Shown here in pieces: positions 9,162 to 18,030 of a stretch of DNA of 46,040 nucleotides; the stretch's first letter is position 1; each line of letters begins with the position of its first letter. The DNA is from a virus. Lineage: Duplodnaviria; Caudoviricetes. Below the pieces are notes generated by a model. That model searched no databases. It was not told the origin of the DNA and saw only the letters and a list, made by a program, of their open reading frames with translations. The stretch spans positions 1 through 46,040 of IMG/VR virus record IMGVR_UViG_3300042863_000142; one strand, given 5' to 3'. The position numbers and the translations under genes are program-made.

Positions 9162-9618
9162 TGTCAAGTCGCAACACGCAGCTGTTTCTGGCTTGATGGT
9201 TCCGTACCGAACTCGTTTAAAGGGGGCTGTAATATTCCCTTTTAGCGGTGCTACGGGCTATTCAGCTTTTGTTGAGAACACCTCAATCGCCGGCACGTAC
9301 ACACGCGCCACAACCACCGCAACTGTGACCGCAACAGGCCACGGTTTGTCTACGGGTCAGTGGGTTTATTTGGACTGGGATTTGACCGACAACCCCTACC
9401 AAGTGACTGTGACAACCCCGAACGCTTTCACAGTGACTGTGACTGATACGGGCGCAGCCAGCGGTAACGTGACTGTGTACAACAAGATGCTGCTTCAGGC
9501 GGACGCCTCAAACGCCACGGCGTTTACGATGGTGATTCCCGGAGAGGGCATTTTGGCGGACCAAGGCATTCGCGTGTTTTTGGCGGCGGACATTCACTGC
9601 ACGATCTTCTATGGCTAA
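9145..9618 (+). CDS. Hypothetical virion protein
   Basis: GGAG RBS. Contains an ATVTATGHGLSTGQWV beta-module of the kind seen in phage structural proteins. Confidence 0.7.
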   Translation: MTMQFDVKSQHAAVSGLMVPYRTRLKGAVIFPFSGATGYSAFVENTSIAGTYTRATTTATVTATGHGLSTGQWVYLDWDLTDNPYQVTVTTPNAFTVTVTDTGAASGNVTVYNKMLLQADASNATAFTMVIPGEGILADQGIRVFLAADIHCTIFYG

Positions 9619-9865
9619 GAAAACCCCATCCCTTGCAGTCGGTCGTGGCGAGAAGCTGCCCGTCTCCAAAGGGGCGGGGCTGACTGCCAAAGGCCGTGCT
9701 CGTTACAACGCTGCCACCGGTAGCAACCTCAAAGCCCCGCAGCCCCAAGGCGGCAAGCGCAAGGATTCGTTCTGCGCACGCATGTCTGGGATGCCGGGTC
9801 CGATGAAAGACGAGAAGGGCAAGCCAACCCGCAAGGCGGCTGCTCTCGCAAGGTGGAAGTGCTGA
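9611..9865 (+). CDS. Small basic protein (RKxSFCARM...RWKC, DUF6321-like)
   Basis: RKDSFCARMSGM and ALARWKC motifs recognised from small phage proteins. Confidence 0.7.
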   Translation: MAKKTPSLAVGRGEKLPVSKGAGLTAKGRARYNAATGSNLKAPQPQGGKRKDSFCARMSGMPGPMKDEKGKPTRKAAALARWKC

Positions 9866-9866
9866 C

Positions 9867-10112
9867 ATGAGTGAAGACGCTATCCAAACAGCCCGTGAAC
9901 TCGCTACGCATGCGTCCGACATCAAGCACCTGCAAGATGACATGGACAAGATGCTGGTGAACATGAAAGAGATGCAGGCAACTCTGATAGACATCCAAAA
10001 AACACTTTCCGAAGCTCGTGGCGGATGGAAGGTTTTGATGTTGGTCGGCGGGGCCAGTAGCGTCGTGGGCGCAGGGCTGGTTCAACTCACCAATTGGTAC
10101 GTGGGGAAGTGA
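9867..10112 (+). CDS. Coiled-coil protein with C-terminal membrane anchor (XhlA/holin-like)
   Basis: Heptad-rich N-terminus plus hydrophobic WKVLMLVGGASSVVGAGLV segment. Confidence 0.65.
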   Translation: MSEDAIQTARELATHASDIKHLQDDMDKMLVNMKEMQATLIDIQKTLSEARGGWKVLMLVGGASSVVGAGLVQLTNWYVGK

Positions 10113-10249
10113 TGCCAAGCAAATCCCCGGAGCAGAAAAAGTTTATGCAAGCGGTGGCGAACAACCCCAAGTTCGCCAAGAAGGTAAAGGTGCCGACCAA
10201 GGTCGGTAAAGAGTTTGTCAAGGCCGACAAGGCCAAAAGGAGTAAATGA
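10112..10249 (+). CDS. Small basic protein, 45 aa
   Basis: MPSKSPEQKKFMQAVANNPKFAKKVKVPTKVGKEFVKADK...; TGATG and ATGA coupling on both sides. Not in the ORF track. Confidence 0.75.
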   Translation: MPSKSPEQKKFMQAVANNPKFAKKVKVPTKVGKEFVKADKAKRSK

Positions 10250-10560
10250 TGAAAGACATGAAAAAAGCTTTGGCCGCACACGCAGGCAAACCCGCATCCA
10301 AAGCCCACAAGGGCCTGAAGATGGGTGGTATGACTGGCTACGCTTCTGGCGGTATGCCAATGGTCATGAAAGACGGCAAGAAGGTTCCATCGTTTGCTGC
10401 TGATGGCAAGGGCAAGATGAAGATGGGCGGTTCTGTTGCAGAATCCAAGATGGGCAAGGTCAAGACCAACTCTCGCCCTGACGGTGTTGCTGAGCGAGGT
10501 CTCACCAAAGCCAAAAAGCCCGTCATGAAAACGATGGCTCGCGGCGGCAAGACCTGCTAA
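10246..10560 (+). CDS. Lys/Met/Gly-rich basic protein with four hydrophobic-x-x-GG motifs
   Basis: AGGAG RBS; LKMGG, YASGG, MKMGG, MARGG. Confidence 0.8.
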   Translation: MMKDMKKALAAHAGKPASKAHKGLKMGGMTGYASGGMPMVMKDGKKVPSFAADGKGKMKMGGSVAESKMGKVKTNSRPDGVAERGLTKAKKPVMKTMARGGKTC

Positions 10561-10570
10561 GGGGATCAAC

Positions 10571-10936
10571 ATGGTTGCACCACTCGTCGGGGCTGGGGCT
10601 GCTTTAGCAGCAGGTTTGCCAATCGTTTATGGGGCTGGCATGGCTCGAGAGCGTGCAAACTCAGAGAAGCGTGAAAAGCGCGAAAAGAAGGGGCGTGAAG
10701 ACGCCTCGGAAATGAAGCGCGAGTCACGCAACGAGATGAAATCCACCTCCAAAAGCGGTCAGAAATTGACCGCTCAAGAGCGTCAAATGATGCAAGAGGT
10801 CGAGGACAAAAAGAACCAGCCCAAAATTGACGAGGCTTACGAGAAATCTCGTACCACGTTTAAACAAGGCGGCTCTGTTTCTAAGCGTGCCGATGGCTGC
10901 GCCCAGCGCGGCAAGACTGACTGCAAAATGCGTTAA
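10571..10936 (+). CDS. Charged hypothetical protein with FKQGG...RADGCAQRGKT tail
   Basis: GGGGA RBS; tail shared with the next gene. Confidence 0.75.
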   Translation: MVAPLVGAGAALAAGLPIVYGAGMARERANSEKREKREKKGREDASEMKRESRNEMKSTSKSGQKLTAQERQMMQEVEDKKNQPKIDEAYEKSRTTFKQGGSVSKRADGCAQRGKTDCKMR

Positions 10937-12061
10937 GGAGTACGGAATGGCAATGCACAAACCGAGGAAGCAGATGCGTTTTCAAGACGGCGGTGACGTT
11001 AACGAAGCTGAAATGAAGCAGCGCGGACTGGACATTTCAAACCGTGCTCGTGAAAGCGGCACAGAAAAAACCAGCTTCTTTCAGCGCCTGCGCGAAGGTA
11101 ACATCGACGATCCAAATTCTGCGGCCTACAAGAAGTACGGCGCTGGCCGAGCCCGTCTTGATGATCAGATAGCAACAGCTAAAGAAAAGCTGGCTGGTGA
11201 AGTTCAAGAAAAAGTGGCGGCAAACAAAGCCAGCGATGGCGATGTGAGCGAGTACGATCGTCGTATGGATGCCATAGCAAGCATGCCGGACCGCATGCCC
11301 ACCCGCCCCGGTCAAGGCGATGCAATGGCCATGCCACGCATGGCCAAGCCTGCGGCCAAGAAAGAAGAGACTTCGGTTGAGTCGGCCGTCATGGCTGGCG
11401 AAGCTCGTAGACGCCAGAAGTCGGCCGTAATGAACGACGAAGACCGCAAGCGTCAGAACTCACGCTCAGCCGTTATGACTGATGAGGCTCGCAAGCGCAA
11501 GGCTGGCAAAGATCGGTACTTCAATAGCCCCGGGTACCGCGCTCAAGAAGAGGCTAGGATCAAGAAAATGGAAAAAGACCAAGCGCTCCAGAGTGTGACG
11601 CCTGAGTTGGCCTTACTTGGTGGTGCTGGTGGTTTTGGTTTAAAAGCCCTGCATGCCGGAGCCAAGCGGTTGGCTGGCACAGGTACAAAAACCGCCACAA
11701 AAACCGCCACCACTGGCGCTAAAAGCCCTTTGCGTCAGAAGACCGAACAGCTGATCAAGGAAGACAAGAACCCCGGAAGGTCTGTCAGTCCAGCACCAGC
11801 AAGCCCCAAAGTCTCGCTCAAGGAGAAGACCAAAGAGCTGATTCAAAGCGACCGGACTGCCAAGACCAAAGAGCTGTCGAGCAAGATGGCTGAAAAGCAG
11901 ACGCCAACAAAATTTGCCAGCAAGAAATCTACCTCGGCAGGAAAGCCGCTCGCTTCAAAGAGAACAAAGAAGTTCAACGAAGACGAGTCCGGGATGGACT
12001 TCAAGCGTGGTGGCTCCGTCTCCTCGGCCTCTAAACGTGCCGATGGCTGCGCCCAGCGCGG
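10886..12061 (+). repeat. 26-bp exact direct repeat at 10886-10911 and 12036-12061
   Basis: CGTGCCGATGGCTGCGCCCAGCGCGG at the 3' end of two adjacent genes. Confidence 0.9.
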
Positions 12062-12077
12062 GAAGACACGAGCATGA
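10947..12077 (+). CDS. Basic low-complexity protein with FQDGG and FKRGG...RADGCAQRGKT motifs
   Basis: Start moved to ATG 10947 behind AAGGAG. Internal triple SAVMxxExRxR repeat. Confidence 0.78.
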   Translation: MAMHKPRKQMRFQDGGDVNEAEMKQRGLDISNRARESGTEKTSFFQRLREGNIDDPNSAAYKKYGAGRARLDDQIATAKEKLAGEVQEKVAANKASDGDVSEYDRRMDAIASMPDRMPTRPGQGDAMAMPRMAKPAAKKEETSVESAVMAGEARRRQKSAVMNDEDRKRQNSRSAVMTDEARKRKAGKDRYFNSPGYRAQEEARIKKMEKDQALQSVTPELALLGGAGGFGLKALHAGAKRLAGTGTKTATKTATTGAKSPLRQKTEQLIKEDKNPGRSVSPAPASPKVSLKEKTKELIQSDRTAKTKELSSKMAEKQTPTKFASKKSTSAGKPLASKRTKKFNEDESGMDFKRGGSVSSASKRADGCAQRGKTRA

Positions 12078-12319
12078 TGACCAGTCGCGGTATGGGGGAC
12101 ATCAACCCCAGTAAAATGCCTACCAAGTACAAAGAGGGCGGGAAAACAAAGTCCAAGGTGAACGAGGCTGGCAACTACACGAAGCCGGGGCTACGCAAGT
12201 CGATCTTTGAGCGGATCAAAGCAGGCGGCAAAGGTGGCAACCCGGGCCAATGGAGCGCGAGAAAAGCGCAAATGATGGCTCAGCAGTACAAAAAATCCGG
12301 TGGCGGGTATAAGGACTGA
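12074..12319 (+). CDS. Basic protein, DUF5872-like N-terminal half
   Basis: YTKPGLR...KGGNPGQWSARKAQ...YKKSGGGY motif. Confidence 0.7.
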   Translation: MMTSRGMGDINPSKMPTKYKEGGKTKSKVNEAGNYTKPGLRKSIFERIKAGGKGGNPGQWSARKAQMMAQQYKKSGGGYKD

Positions 12320-12320
12320 C

Positions 12321-12554
12321 ATGAAAGCACCGCAAAAATCTCTTAAAGACTGGACGGACCAAGAATGGAGGACAAAAAGTGGTAAAAAATCTTCTGAAAC
12401 AGGTGAGCGATACCTTCCTAAAGCTGCAATTAAAAGCCTCAGCCCTGCTGAGTACGCTGCTACAACGCGTGCGAAACGCGCTGGCAAAAAAGCCGGGAAA
12501 CAATTCGTAGCACAGCCCAAGACCATCGCAAAGAAAACAGCAGGGTTTAGATAA
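12321..12554 (+). CDS. Basic protein, DUF5872-like C-terminal half
   Basis: QKSLKDWTDQEWRTK...RYLPK...GKQFV motif; ATG 12321 behind AAGGA. Confidence 0.7.
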   Translation: MKAPQKSLKDWTDQEWRTKSGKKSSETGERYLPKAAIKSLSPAEYAATTRAKRAGKKAGKQFVAQPKTIAKKTAGFR

Positions 12555-13252
12555 TGGCAACATCCGGCGTAGCAAACTTCAACCTCGATCTTGCAGAAGT
12601 CGTCGAGGAGGCGTTTGAACGCGCCGGCGGTGAGTTGCGCACCGGCTACGACCTGCGCACAGCTCGTCGATCGCTGAATCTGATGTTCGCCGACTGGGCA
12701 AACCGTGGTTTAAACATGTTCACCTATGAGCAGGGAACACAGGTTCTGACCCCCGGGGTGGCCACCTACGTCCTGCCAACCGACACCGTGGACCTGCTGG
12801 AGCATGTAATCCGTACCGGCGCAGGCAACGTTTCAACTCAGGCTGACCTGACCATCACCCGCATCAGCGTCTCAACCTACGCCACGATCCCAAACAAGCT
12901 CCAGCAAGCTCGTCCCATCCAGATTTTCATTGAGCGTTTAAACACTCCTCAGTTCACCGTCTGGCCAGTTCCAGACGACAGTCAGACCTACCAGCTCGTG
13001 TACTACCGCCTTCGTCGCATCCAGAATGCCGGAGACGGCGTGAACACGATGGACATGCCATTCCGCTTCTTGCCCTGCATGGTAGCCGGCTTGGCCTACC
13101 ACTTGGCCCTGAAGATACCCAGCGGCGCTGAGCGCTTGCCCATCCTCAAGCAGCAGTACGACGAAGCTTGGGCATTGGCATCTGAAGAGGACCGTGAAAA
13201 GGCCGCTGTACGCTTTGTGCCGCGCCGTCAGTACCTCGGAAGCGGGACGTAA
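12554..13252 (+). CDS. Putative head-tail adaptor / head completion protein
   Basis: ARRSLNLMFADW helix, RPIQ...VWPVPD core, LAYHLA C-terminal helix typical of podovirus adaptors. Confidence 0.65.
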   Translation: MATSGVANFNLDLAEVVEEAFERAGGELRTGYDLRTARRSLNLMFADWANRGLNMFTYEQGTQVLTPGVATYVLPTDTVDLLEHVIRTGAGNVSTQADLTITRISVSTYATIPNKLQQARPIQIFIERLNTPQFTVWPVPDDSQTYQLVYYRLRRIQNAGDGVNTMDMPFRFLPCMVAGLAYHLALKIPSGAERLPILKQQYDEAWALASEEDREKAAVRFVPRRQYLGSGT

Positions 13253-13641
13253 TGGGAAACCGGTTTGCTTCAGCCAAGAACAGCATCGCCATGTGCGACC
13301 GCTGTGGCTTCCAGTTCAAGCTGACGAACCTGCGCAAAGAGATCGTCAAGACCAAGACGTTCAATACCTTGGTGTGCCCAGATTGTTTTGATCCTGACCA
13401 GCCGCAGCTTCAGTTGGGCATGTACCCAGTGGATGACCCGCAGGCAGTGAGAAACCCACGCCGGGACACAACCTACATTGAGGCTGGTGTAAATACACAG
13501 GGCTTCACGACCGGTGGTAGCCGAGACATCCAATGGGGCTGGAACCCCGTGGGTGGCTCTAGGTTTTTTGATGATGCTCTGACACCGAATGACTTGGTTT
13601 TAACCGTGGAAGTTGGTACAGTACAGGTAACCGTAACATAA
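13252..13641 (+). CDS. Zn-ribbon hypothetical protein
   Basis: CDRC...CPDC followed by DQPQL and DPQAVRNPR. Confidence 0.75.
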   Translation: MGNRFASAKNSIAMCDRCGFQFKLTNLRKEIVKTKTFNTLVCPDCFDPDQPQLQLGMYPVDDPQAVRNPRRDTTYIEAGVNTQGFTTGGSRDIQWGWNPVGGSRFFDDALTPNDLVLTVEVGTVQVTVT

Positions 13642-13651
13642 GGAGTCCGTC

Positions 13652-13816
13652 ATGGATGCAAAGACCGCAGTTCGCAAGCATGAAGAGAACATGCACAAAA
13701 ATCAAAAGCCAACCAAGCTTCGCGCTGGTGGCAAGACCAACATCGACATGCTGAAGATGGGTCGCGGCTTGGCCAAGGTGGCCAACCAGAAATCCCCCGG
13801 CCGTAAAGGAGCTTAA
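13652..13816 (+). CDS. Small basic protein, 54 aa, with LRAGG motif
   Basis: AAGGAG RBS; MDAKTAVRKHEENMHKNQKPTKLRAGGKT...; not in the ORF track. Confidence 0.75.
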   Translation: MDAKTAVRKHEENMHKNQKPTKLRAGGKTNIDMLKMGRGLAKVANQKSPGRKGA

Positions 13817-13817
13817 T

Positions 13818-14021
13818 ATGCCTACATACAACCAGCCAAAACCAGCCGCAACTCAAGCGGTTCTTGCCCCGACGGACAACAAGAAGTACATGGCGGAAAC
13901 AAACGTCTCTGTGGGTAACAACCGCAGCAATGACTACAAGCCAACCAAGACCTCCGGGATTAAAATTCGTGGCACTGGCTGCGCTACCAAGGGCGTCATG
14001 GCCCGTGGCCCGATGGCGTGA
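13818..14021 (+). CDS. Small basic protein with RGTGCATKG tail
   Basis: AAGGAG RBS; the tail resembles the RADGCAQRG motif. Confidence 0.75.
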   Translation: MPTYNQPKPAATQAVLAPTDNKKYMAETNVSVGNNRSNDYKPTKTSGIKIRGTGCATKGVMARGPMA

Positions 14022-14028
14022 GGACTGA

Positions 14029-14736
14029 ATGAACTACGCGCAGCTGTCTGCCAACATCCAAGCATACTTGGAGAACACGTTCCCCGACACTTTGACGTGG
14101 GACGGCCAGACTGTCACGTCCGAAGACCAGATCGACACGTTCATCAAGCAGGCTGAGCAGCGTATTTTCAACACGGTCCAGTTCCCCTCGATTCGCAAGA
14201 ACGTGACGGGCACGCTGACGGCCAACAACAAGTACCTGTCCTCGCCCTCCGACTTCTTGTCGGTGTATTCGATGGCAGTGATTGATGCCACCGGGCGCTA
14301 CGAGTACCTGCTCAACAAGGATGTAAACTTCATCCGTCAGGCGTACCCCAACCCCACGAGCACCGGCATTCCTCAGTATTACGCTCTGTTTGGCCCGACC
14401 ACGACCAACAACAACCCGCCCGTCATCACCAATGAGCTGAGTTTCATGGTGGGACCTACGCCCGATGCGGCGTACTCGGTTGAGCTGCACTACTTCTTCA
14501 TGCCGACTTCGATCGTCGATGCCGGCACGACTTGGCTGGGCGACAACTTTGACACCGTGCTGCTGTACGGCTCACTGGTAGAGGCTGCGATCTTCATGAA
14601 AATTGATGCACAGACCGAAGGTATTGTGCTCGACACCAAGTACAAGGAAGCATTGGCTTTGGCCAAACGCTTGGGCGACGGCTTGGAGCGTCAAGACGCT
14701 TACCGTAGCGGCCAATACAGACAGGCAGTCACATGA
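14029..14736 (+). CDS. Putative head-tail adaptor / tail tubular protein
   Basis: FIKQAEQRI...GIPQYYA...GPTPD...LLYGSLVEA pattern of phage adaptors. Confidence 0.65.
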   Translation: MNYAQLSANIQAYLENTFPDTLTWDGQTVTSEDQIDTFIKQAEQRIFNTVQFPSIRKNVTGTLTANNKYLSSPSDFLSVYSMAVIDATGRYEYLLNKDVNFIRQAYPNPTSTGIPQYYALFGPTTTNNNPPVITNELSFMVGPTPDAAYSVELHYFFMPTSIVDAGTTWLGDNFDTVLLYGSLVEAAIFMKIDAQTEGIVLDTKYKEALALAKRLGDGLERQDAYRSGQYRQAVT

Positions 14737-15137
14737 TCACCCAAACCGTAACCACATCGTTCAAGGCCGACCTGCTTAAAGCGGTTCACGACTTCAACAC
14801 CGACACGTTTAAACTGGCCCTGTACTTGGCCACGGCCGATCTTGACGCAAACACCATCGTTTACACAACCACCGGGGAAACCTCTGGCACTGGCTATGTG
14901 GCTGGTGGCAACACCCTGACCGGTGTGTCGGTCAATGATGCCGGTTTCGTGACGTTCACCAACACCTCTTGGAACCCTGCTGCGTTCACCGCACGGGGTG
15001 CCCTCATCTACAATAGCACCAAGTCGAACAAGGCTGTGGCGGTTTTGGACTTTGGTTCCGACAAGACCGCAACCAACACGTTTCTGGTGCAAATGCCAGC
15101 CAACACAGCGACCAGTGCGCTGATCCGATTTTCCTGA
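14733..15137 (+). CDS. Putative tail structural protein
   Basis: FKLALY...GYVAGG...TARGALIYN pattern; lies in the tail module. Confidence 0.7.
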   Translation: MITQTVTTSFKADLLKAVHDFNTDTFKLALYLATADLDANTIVYTTTGETSGTGYVAGGNTLTGVSVNDAGFVTFTNTSWNPAAFTARGALIYNSTKSNKAVAVLDFGSDKTATNTFLVQMPANTATSALIRFS

Positions 15138-15149
15138 TAGGAGCTTGAA

Positions 15150-15671
15150 ATGAGCATTGAAAAAGTCAAAGCTGGTGGCGTGTTCACCGTGCAGTGTTTC
15201 GACAGCGAGGGCAACCTCAAGTGGGAAGAGAAGAAGCACAACCTCGTGGTCAACGTCGGCCTGCAGTTCATGAACGACAAGTTCTTCAAGGGCTCCTCGT
15301 ATACCGCTGCTTGGTACTTTGGCCTGTACGGCGCTGCTGCTTCGAACAACCCCGCTGCTGGCGACACCATGGCCTCCCACGCCGGCTGGACGGAAGTCAC
15401 AGCCTACTCGGAAGCCACCCGCCCCGCAGCCACATTCGGCACCCCCACCACGGCTGATCCATCGGTGATCAGCAACTCGTCTTCTGTGGCTGTGTTCAGC
15501 ATCAACGGCACCACGACCGTTGGCGGCGCGTTCCTCACCACGGACAACACCAAGGGTGGCACTTCCGGCACGCTGTTCTCGGCTTCGGACTTCCAATCCC
15601 CCGGCGATCGCTCTGTGGTCTCTGGTGACGTGATCAACCTCACGTACCAATTCAGTCTCGACGCGGCGTAA
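15150..15671 (+). CDS. Putative tail structural protein
   Basis: AGGAG RBS; HNLVVNVG N-terminal motif. Confidence 0.7.
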   Translation: MSIEKVKAGGVFTVQCFDSEGNLKWEEKKHNLVVNVGLQFMNDKFFKGSSYTAAWYFGLYGAAASNNPAAGDTMASHAGWTEVTAYSEATRPAATFGTPTTADPSVISNSSSVAVFSINGTTTVGGAFLTTDNTKGGTSGTLFSASDFQSPGDRSVVSGDVINLTYQFSLDAA

Positions 15672-15672
15672 T

Positions 15673-16581
15673 GTGTTTGCTGGAGCCCCGTTTGCAACTG
15701 CACCGTTCTCTGCCCTAAGCGGGAACGTCTTCGTCGCTGTCGTAAACGAGAGCGCGAGCGGGGCTGATTTAGTTTCTTCGCTGGCTGCATTTGCGGCCTT
15801 GACTGCTGAGTCTGCAACAGGCACCGACGAAGTTTCCACCCGTGTGGTGGTCATCTCTCTGGTCACAGAGGCGGCGGTTGGCCAAGATCAAGTCAGCACC
15901 AACACATCGGTGCGCTCGGCGGTGTTCGAGTTGGCCAGTGGGCTGGATGCTTTCATTGGCAACGTAGCGTTTAGCGCTGCCATCCAAGATGGGGCAACGG
16001 GCCAAGACCAAGTCAGCAGCACCCCTGAGTACGGCGTCACAGTCCTTGAGACCGCCTCTGGCCAAGAGGTTGCGAGTGCGCTGGTCAGCCTTGTGTCTCT
16101 GGTCTCCGAATCGGCCGTAGCCGAGGACATCATCAGTGCGCTCAAGGCGCAGATGGTCACGATCTTTGAGGGTGCTACGGGCGCTGATCAGGTTGTGGGT
16201 AACGTCATTGTGTTGGCCAACGTGGTTGAGGCAAGCACCGGCTCCGAGACGGTTTCTGCACGTATTAACTTTGCTGCTCTGGTCGCAGAAGCTGCACAGG
16301 GCCAAGACACCGTTTCGGCGCGCACGCTCTTCAAGGTGATCATCACTGAACTGGGCATCGCCGAGGACAGCGTTCAAGCTGCATTCTTATGGAACATCAT
16401 CAATGACAGCCAGACGGTAGCGTGGCAAAATATCAGCAGTGAGACAACGCCGAGCTGGACGGCCATTTCCTCGGATGCCGATGGCGCTTGGCAAACCATT
16501 CAAAGTTCGTCTGGTGTCGTTTGGCAGAACATCGGCACGGCCGCAGAGCCAAACTGGCAAGTCATCAAAACACAGCCGTAA
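15673..16581 (+). CDS. Repetitive fibre-like virion protein
   Basis: GTG start. About 22-aa periodic ExAxGxDxV repeats, then about 11-aa WxxI repeats at the C-terminus. Confidence 0.7.
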   Translation: MFAGAPFATAPFSALSGNVFVAVVNESASGADLVSSLAAFAALTAESATGTDEVSTRVVVISLVTEAAVGQDQVSTNTSVRSAVFELASGLDAFIGNVAFSAAIQDGATGQDQVSSTPEYGVTVLETASGQEVASALVSLVSLVSESAVAEDIISALKAQMVTIFEGATGADQVVGNVIVLANVVEASTGSETVSARINFAALVAEAAQGQDTVSARTLFKVIITELGIAEDSVQAAFLWNIINDSQTVAWQNISSETTPSWTAISSDADGAWQTIQSSSGVVWQNIGTAAEPNWQVIKTQP

Positions 16582-16590
16582 GGAACGCAC

Positions 16591-17049
16591 ATGGCCTTTG
16601 TTGTCAAGGATCGAGTCAAGGTCACAACGACCACCACCGGGACGGGCACGCTCACACTCGGCGCTGCTGCTGTGGGCTTTCAGTCGTTCGCCGTTATTGG
16701 CGACGGGAACACCACCTACTACGCAATTGTTGATTCCGCCTTTGGTGCGTGGGAAGTTGGCGTCGGTGTTTACACATCCAGCGGCACAACCCTGTCGCGT
16801 GACACAGTGCTTGAGTCATCGAACGCAGGAGCACTGGTGGACTTTGCTGCGGGCTCCAAGGACGTGTTCGTGACCTACCCGGCAGAGCGTGCTGTGGTAG
16901 GCGGCATGGGCTACATCGAGAACGCGGCCACGGTGACTCAAAGCTCGACGATCAACGAGGGGCACAACGCCATCTCAGCCGGTCCTGTGACAATCGCAAG
17001 TGGTGTCAGTATTACCGTGCCATCGGGCAGTCGGTACGTTGTGGTTTAA
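16591..17049 (+). CDS. Tail fibre-associated protein
   Basis: DRVKxTTTTTGTG...WEVGxG...KDVFVTYPA motif; AAGGA RBS. Confidence 0.72.
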   Translation: MAFVVKDRVKVTTTTTGTGTLTLGAAAVGFQSFAVIGDGNTTYYAIVDSAFGAWEVGVGVYTSSGTTLSRDTVLESSNAGALVDFAAGSKDVFVTYPAERAVVGGMGYIENAATVTQSSTINEGHNAISAGPVTIASGVSITVPSGSRYVVV

Positions 17050-17059
17050 GGGGTAAGAC

Positions 17060-17599
17060 ATGGCAATCGTTTTAGATGGAACCTCGGGCATCACGGCCCC
17101 CAACGCCACTGTTTCAGGAACTGTACAGGGTTCTCCCGTGCGTGGCGGCTTGGTGTCTGGTACTGCTGTCGCATCGACCAGCGGCACTTCAATTGACTTC
17201 ACTGGCATCCCATCGTGGGCCAAGCGAATCACGGTGATGTTTAGCTTGGTGAGTACAAACGGGACAAGCGGACTACTCGTGCAAATTGGTGATTCTGGCG
17301 GGGTTGAAACAACCGGGTATGCAAGTGTTACAGACGTTACTGGCGTGGTTGTGACTACGGGGTATTCAATCTACAGCACCGCCGCTGCACGGATTACAAG
17401 CGGCGCTGTTGCATTGTTAAATGTTTCAGGAAACACATGGGTTGCAAGCGGGCAGTTCGTCCAAACGGACAGTGGTTTCCTCCCGTCAGTGGGTGGAAAT
17501 AAAACCCTCTCCGACACACTGACCCAAGTCCGCATCACCACGGTCAACGGCACAGACACCTTCGACGCTGGCACGATCAACATCATGTACGAGGGCTGA
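17060..17599 (+). CDS. Tail fibre-associated protein
   Basis: SIDFTGIPSWAKRIT...FDAGTINIMYE beta-sandwich-like domain. Confidence 0.7.
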   Translation: MAIVLDGTSGITAPNATVSGTVQGSPVRGGLVSGTAVASTSGTSIDFTGIPSWAKRITVMFSLVSTNGTSGLLVQIGDSGGVETTGYASVTDVTGVVVTTGYSIYSTAAARITSGAVALLNVSGNTWVASGQFVQTDSGFLPSVGGNKTLSDTLTQVRITTVNGTDTFDAGTINIMYEG

Positions 17600-17601
17600 A
17601 C

Positions 17602-18030
17602 ATGACCAAAGTTGCAATCATAGGAAACGCGAGCGGAACAGGTACTCTGACGCTCACGTCTCCGGATACAGATACCGACCGGACGCTGAACATCCCAGAC
17701 AACTCTGGCACGATTGGCTTTGCTGGTGTCCCGCGTTCTGGTTTGGCCAAAACAGGCTCTTACACCTTGTTGGTAACTGATGTTGGTCAGCTCATTGAGG
17801 TCGGCTCCGGTGGCTCGATTACTATCCCTGACGCAACATTTGCGACAGGCGATATTGTCTCGATATTTAATAACACGACCGGCAGCATCACCATCACTTG
17901 CTCAATCACCACAGCCTACATCGCCGGGGTTGATGCAGACGATGCTTCGGTGTCTTTGCTGACTCGTGGTGTCTGCTCGGTGTTGTTTGTCAGTGGCACG
18001 GTTTGCGTTATTACGGGGAACGTCGTATGA
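17602..18030 (+). CDS. Tail fibre protein, with a C-terminal domain paralogous to that of 20010-20837
   Basis: DRTLNIPD motif; YTLLVTDVGQ...GDIVSIFNN...CVITG. Confidence 0.7.
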   Translation: MTKVAIIGNASGTGTLTLTSPDTDTDRTLNIPDNSGTIGFAGVPRSGLAKTGSYTLLVTDVGQLIEVGSGGSITIPDATFATGDIVSIFNNTTGSITITCSITTAYIAGVDADDASVSLLTRGVCSVLFVSGTVCVITGNVV

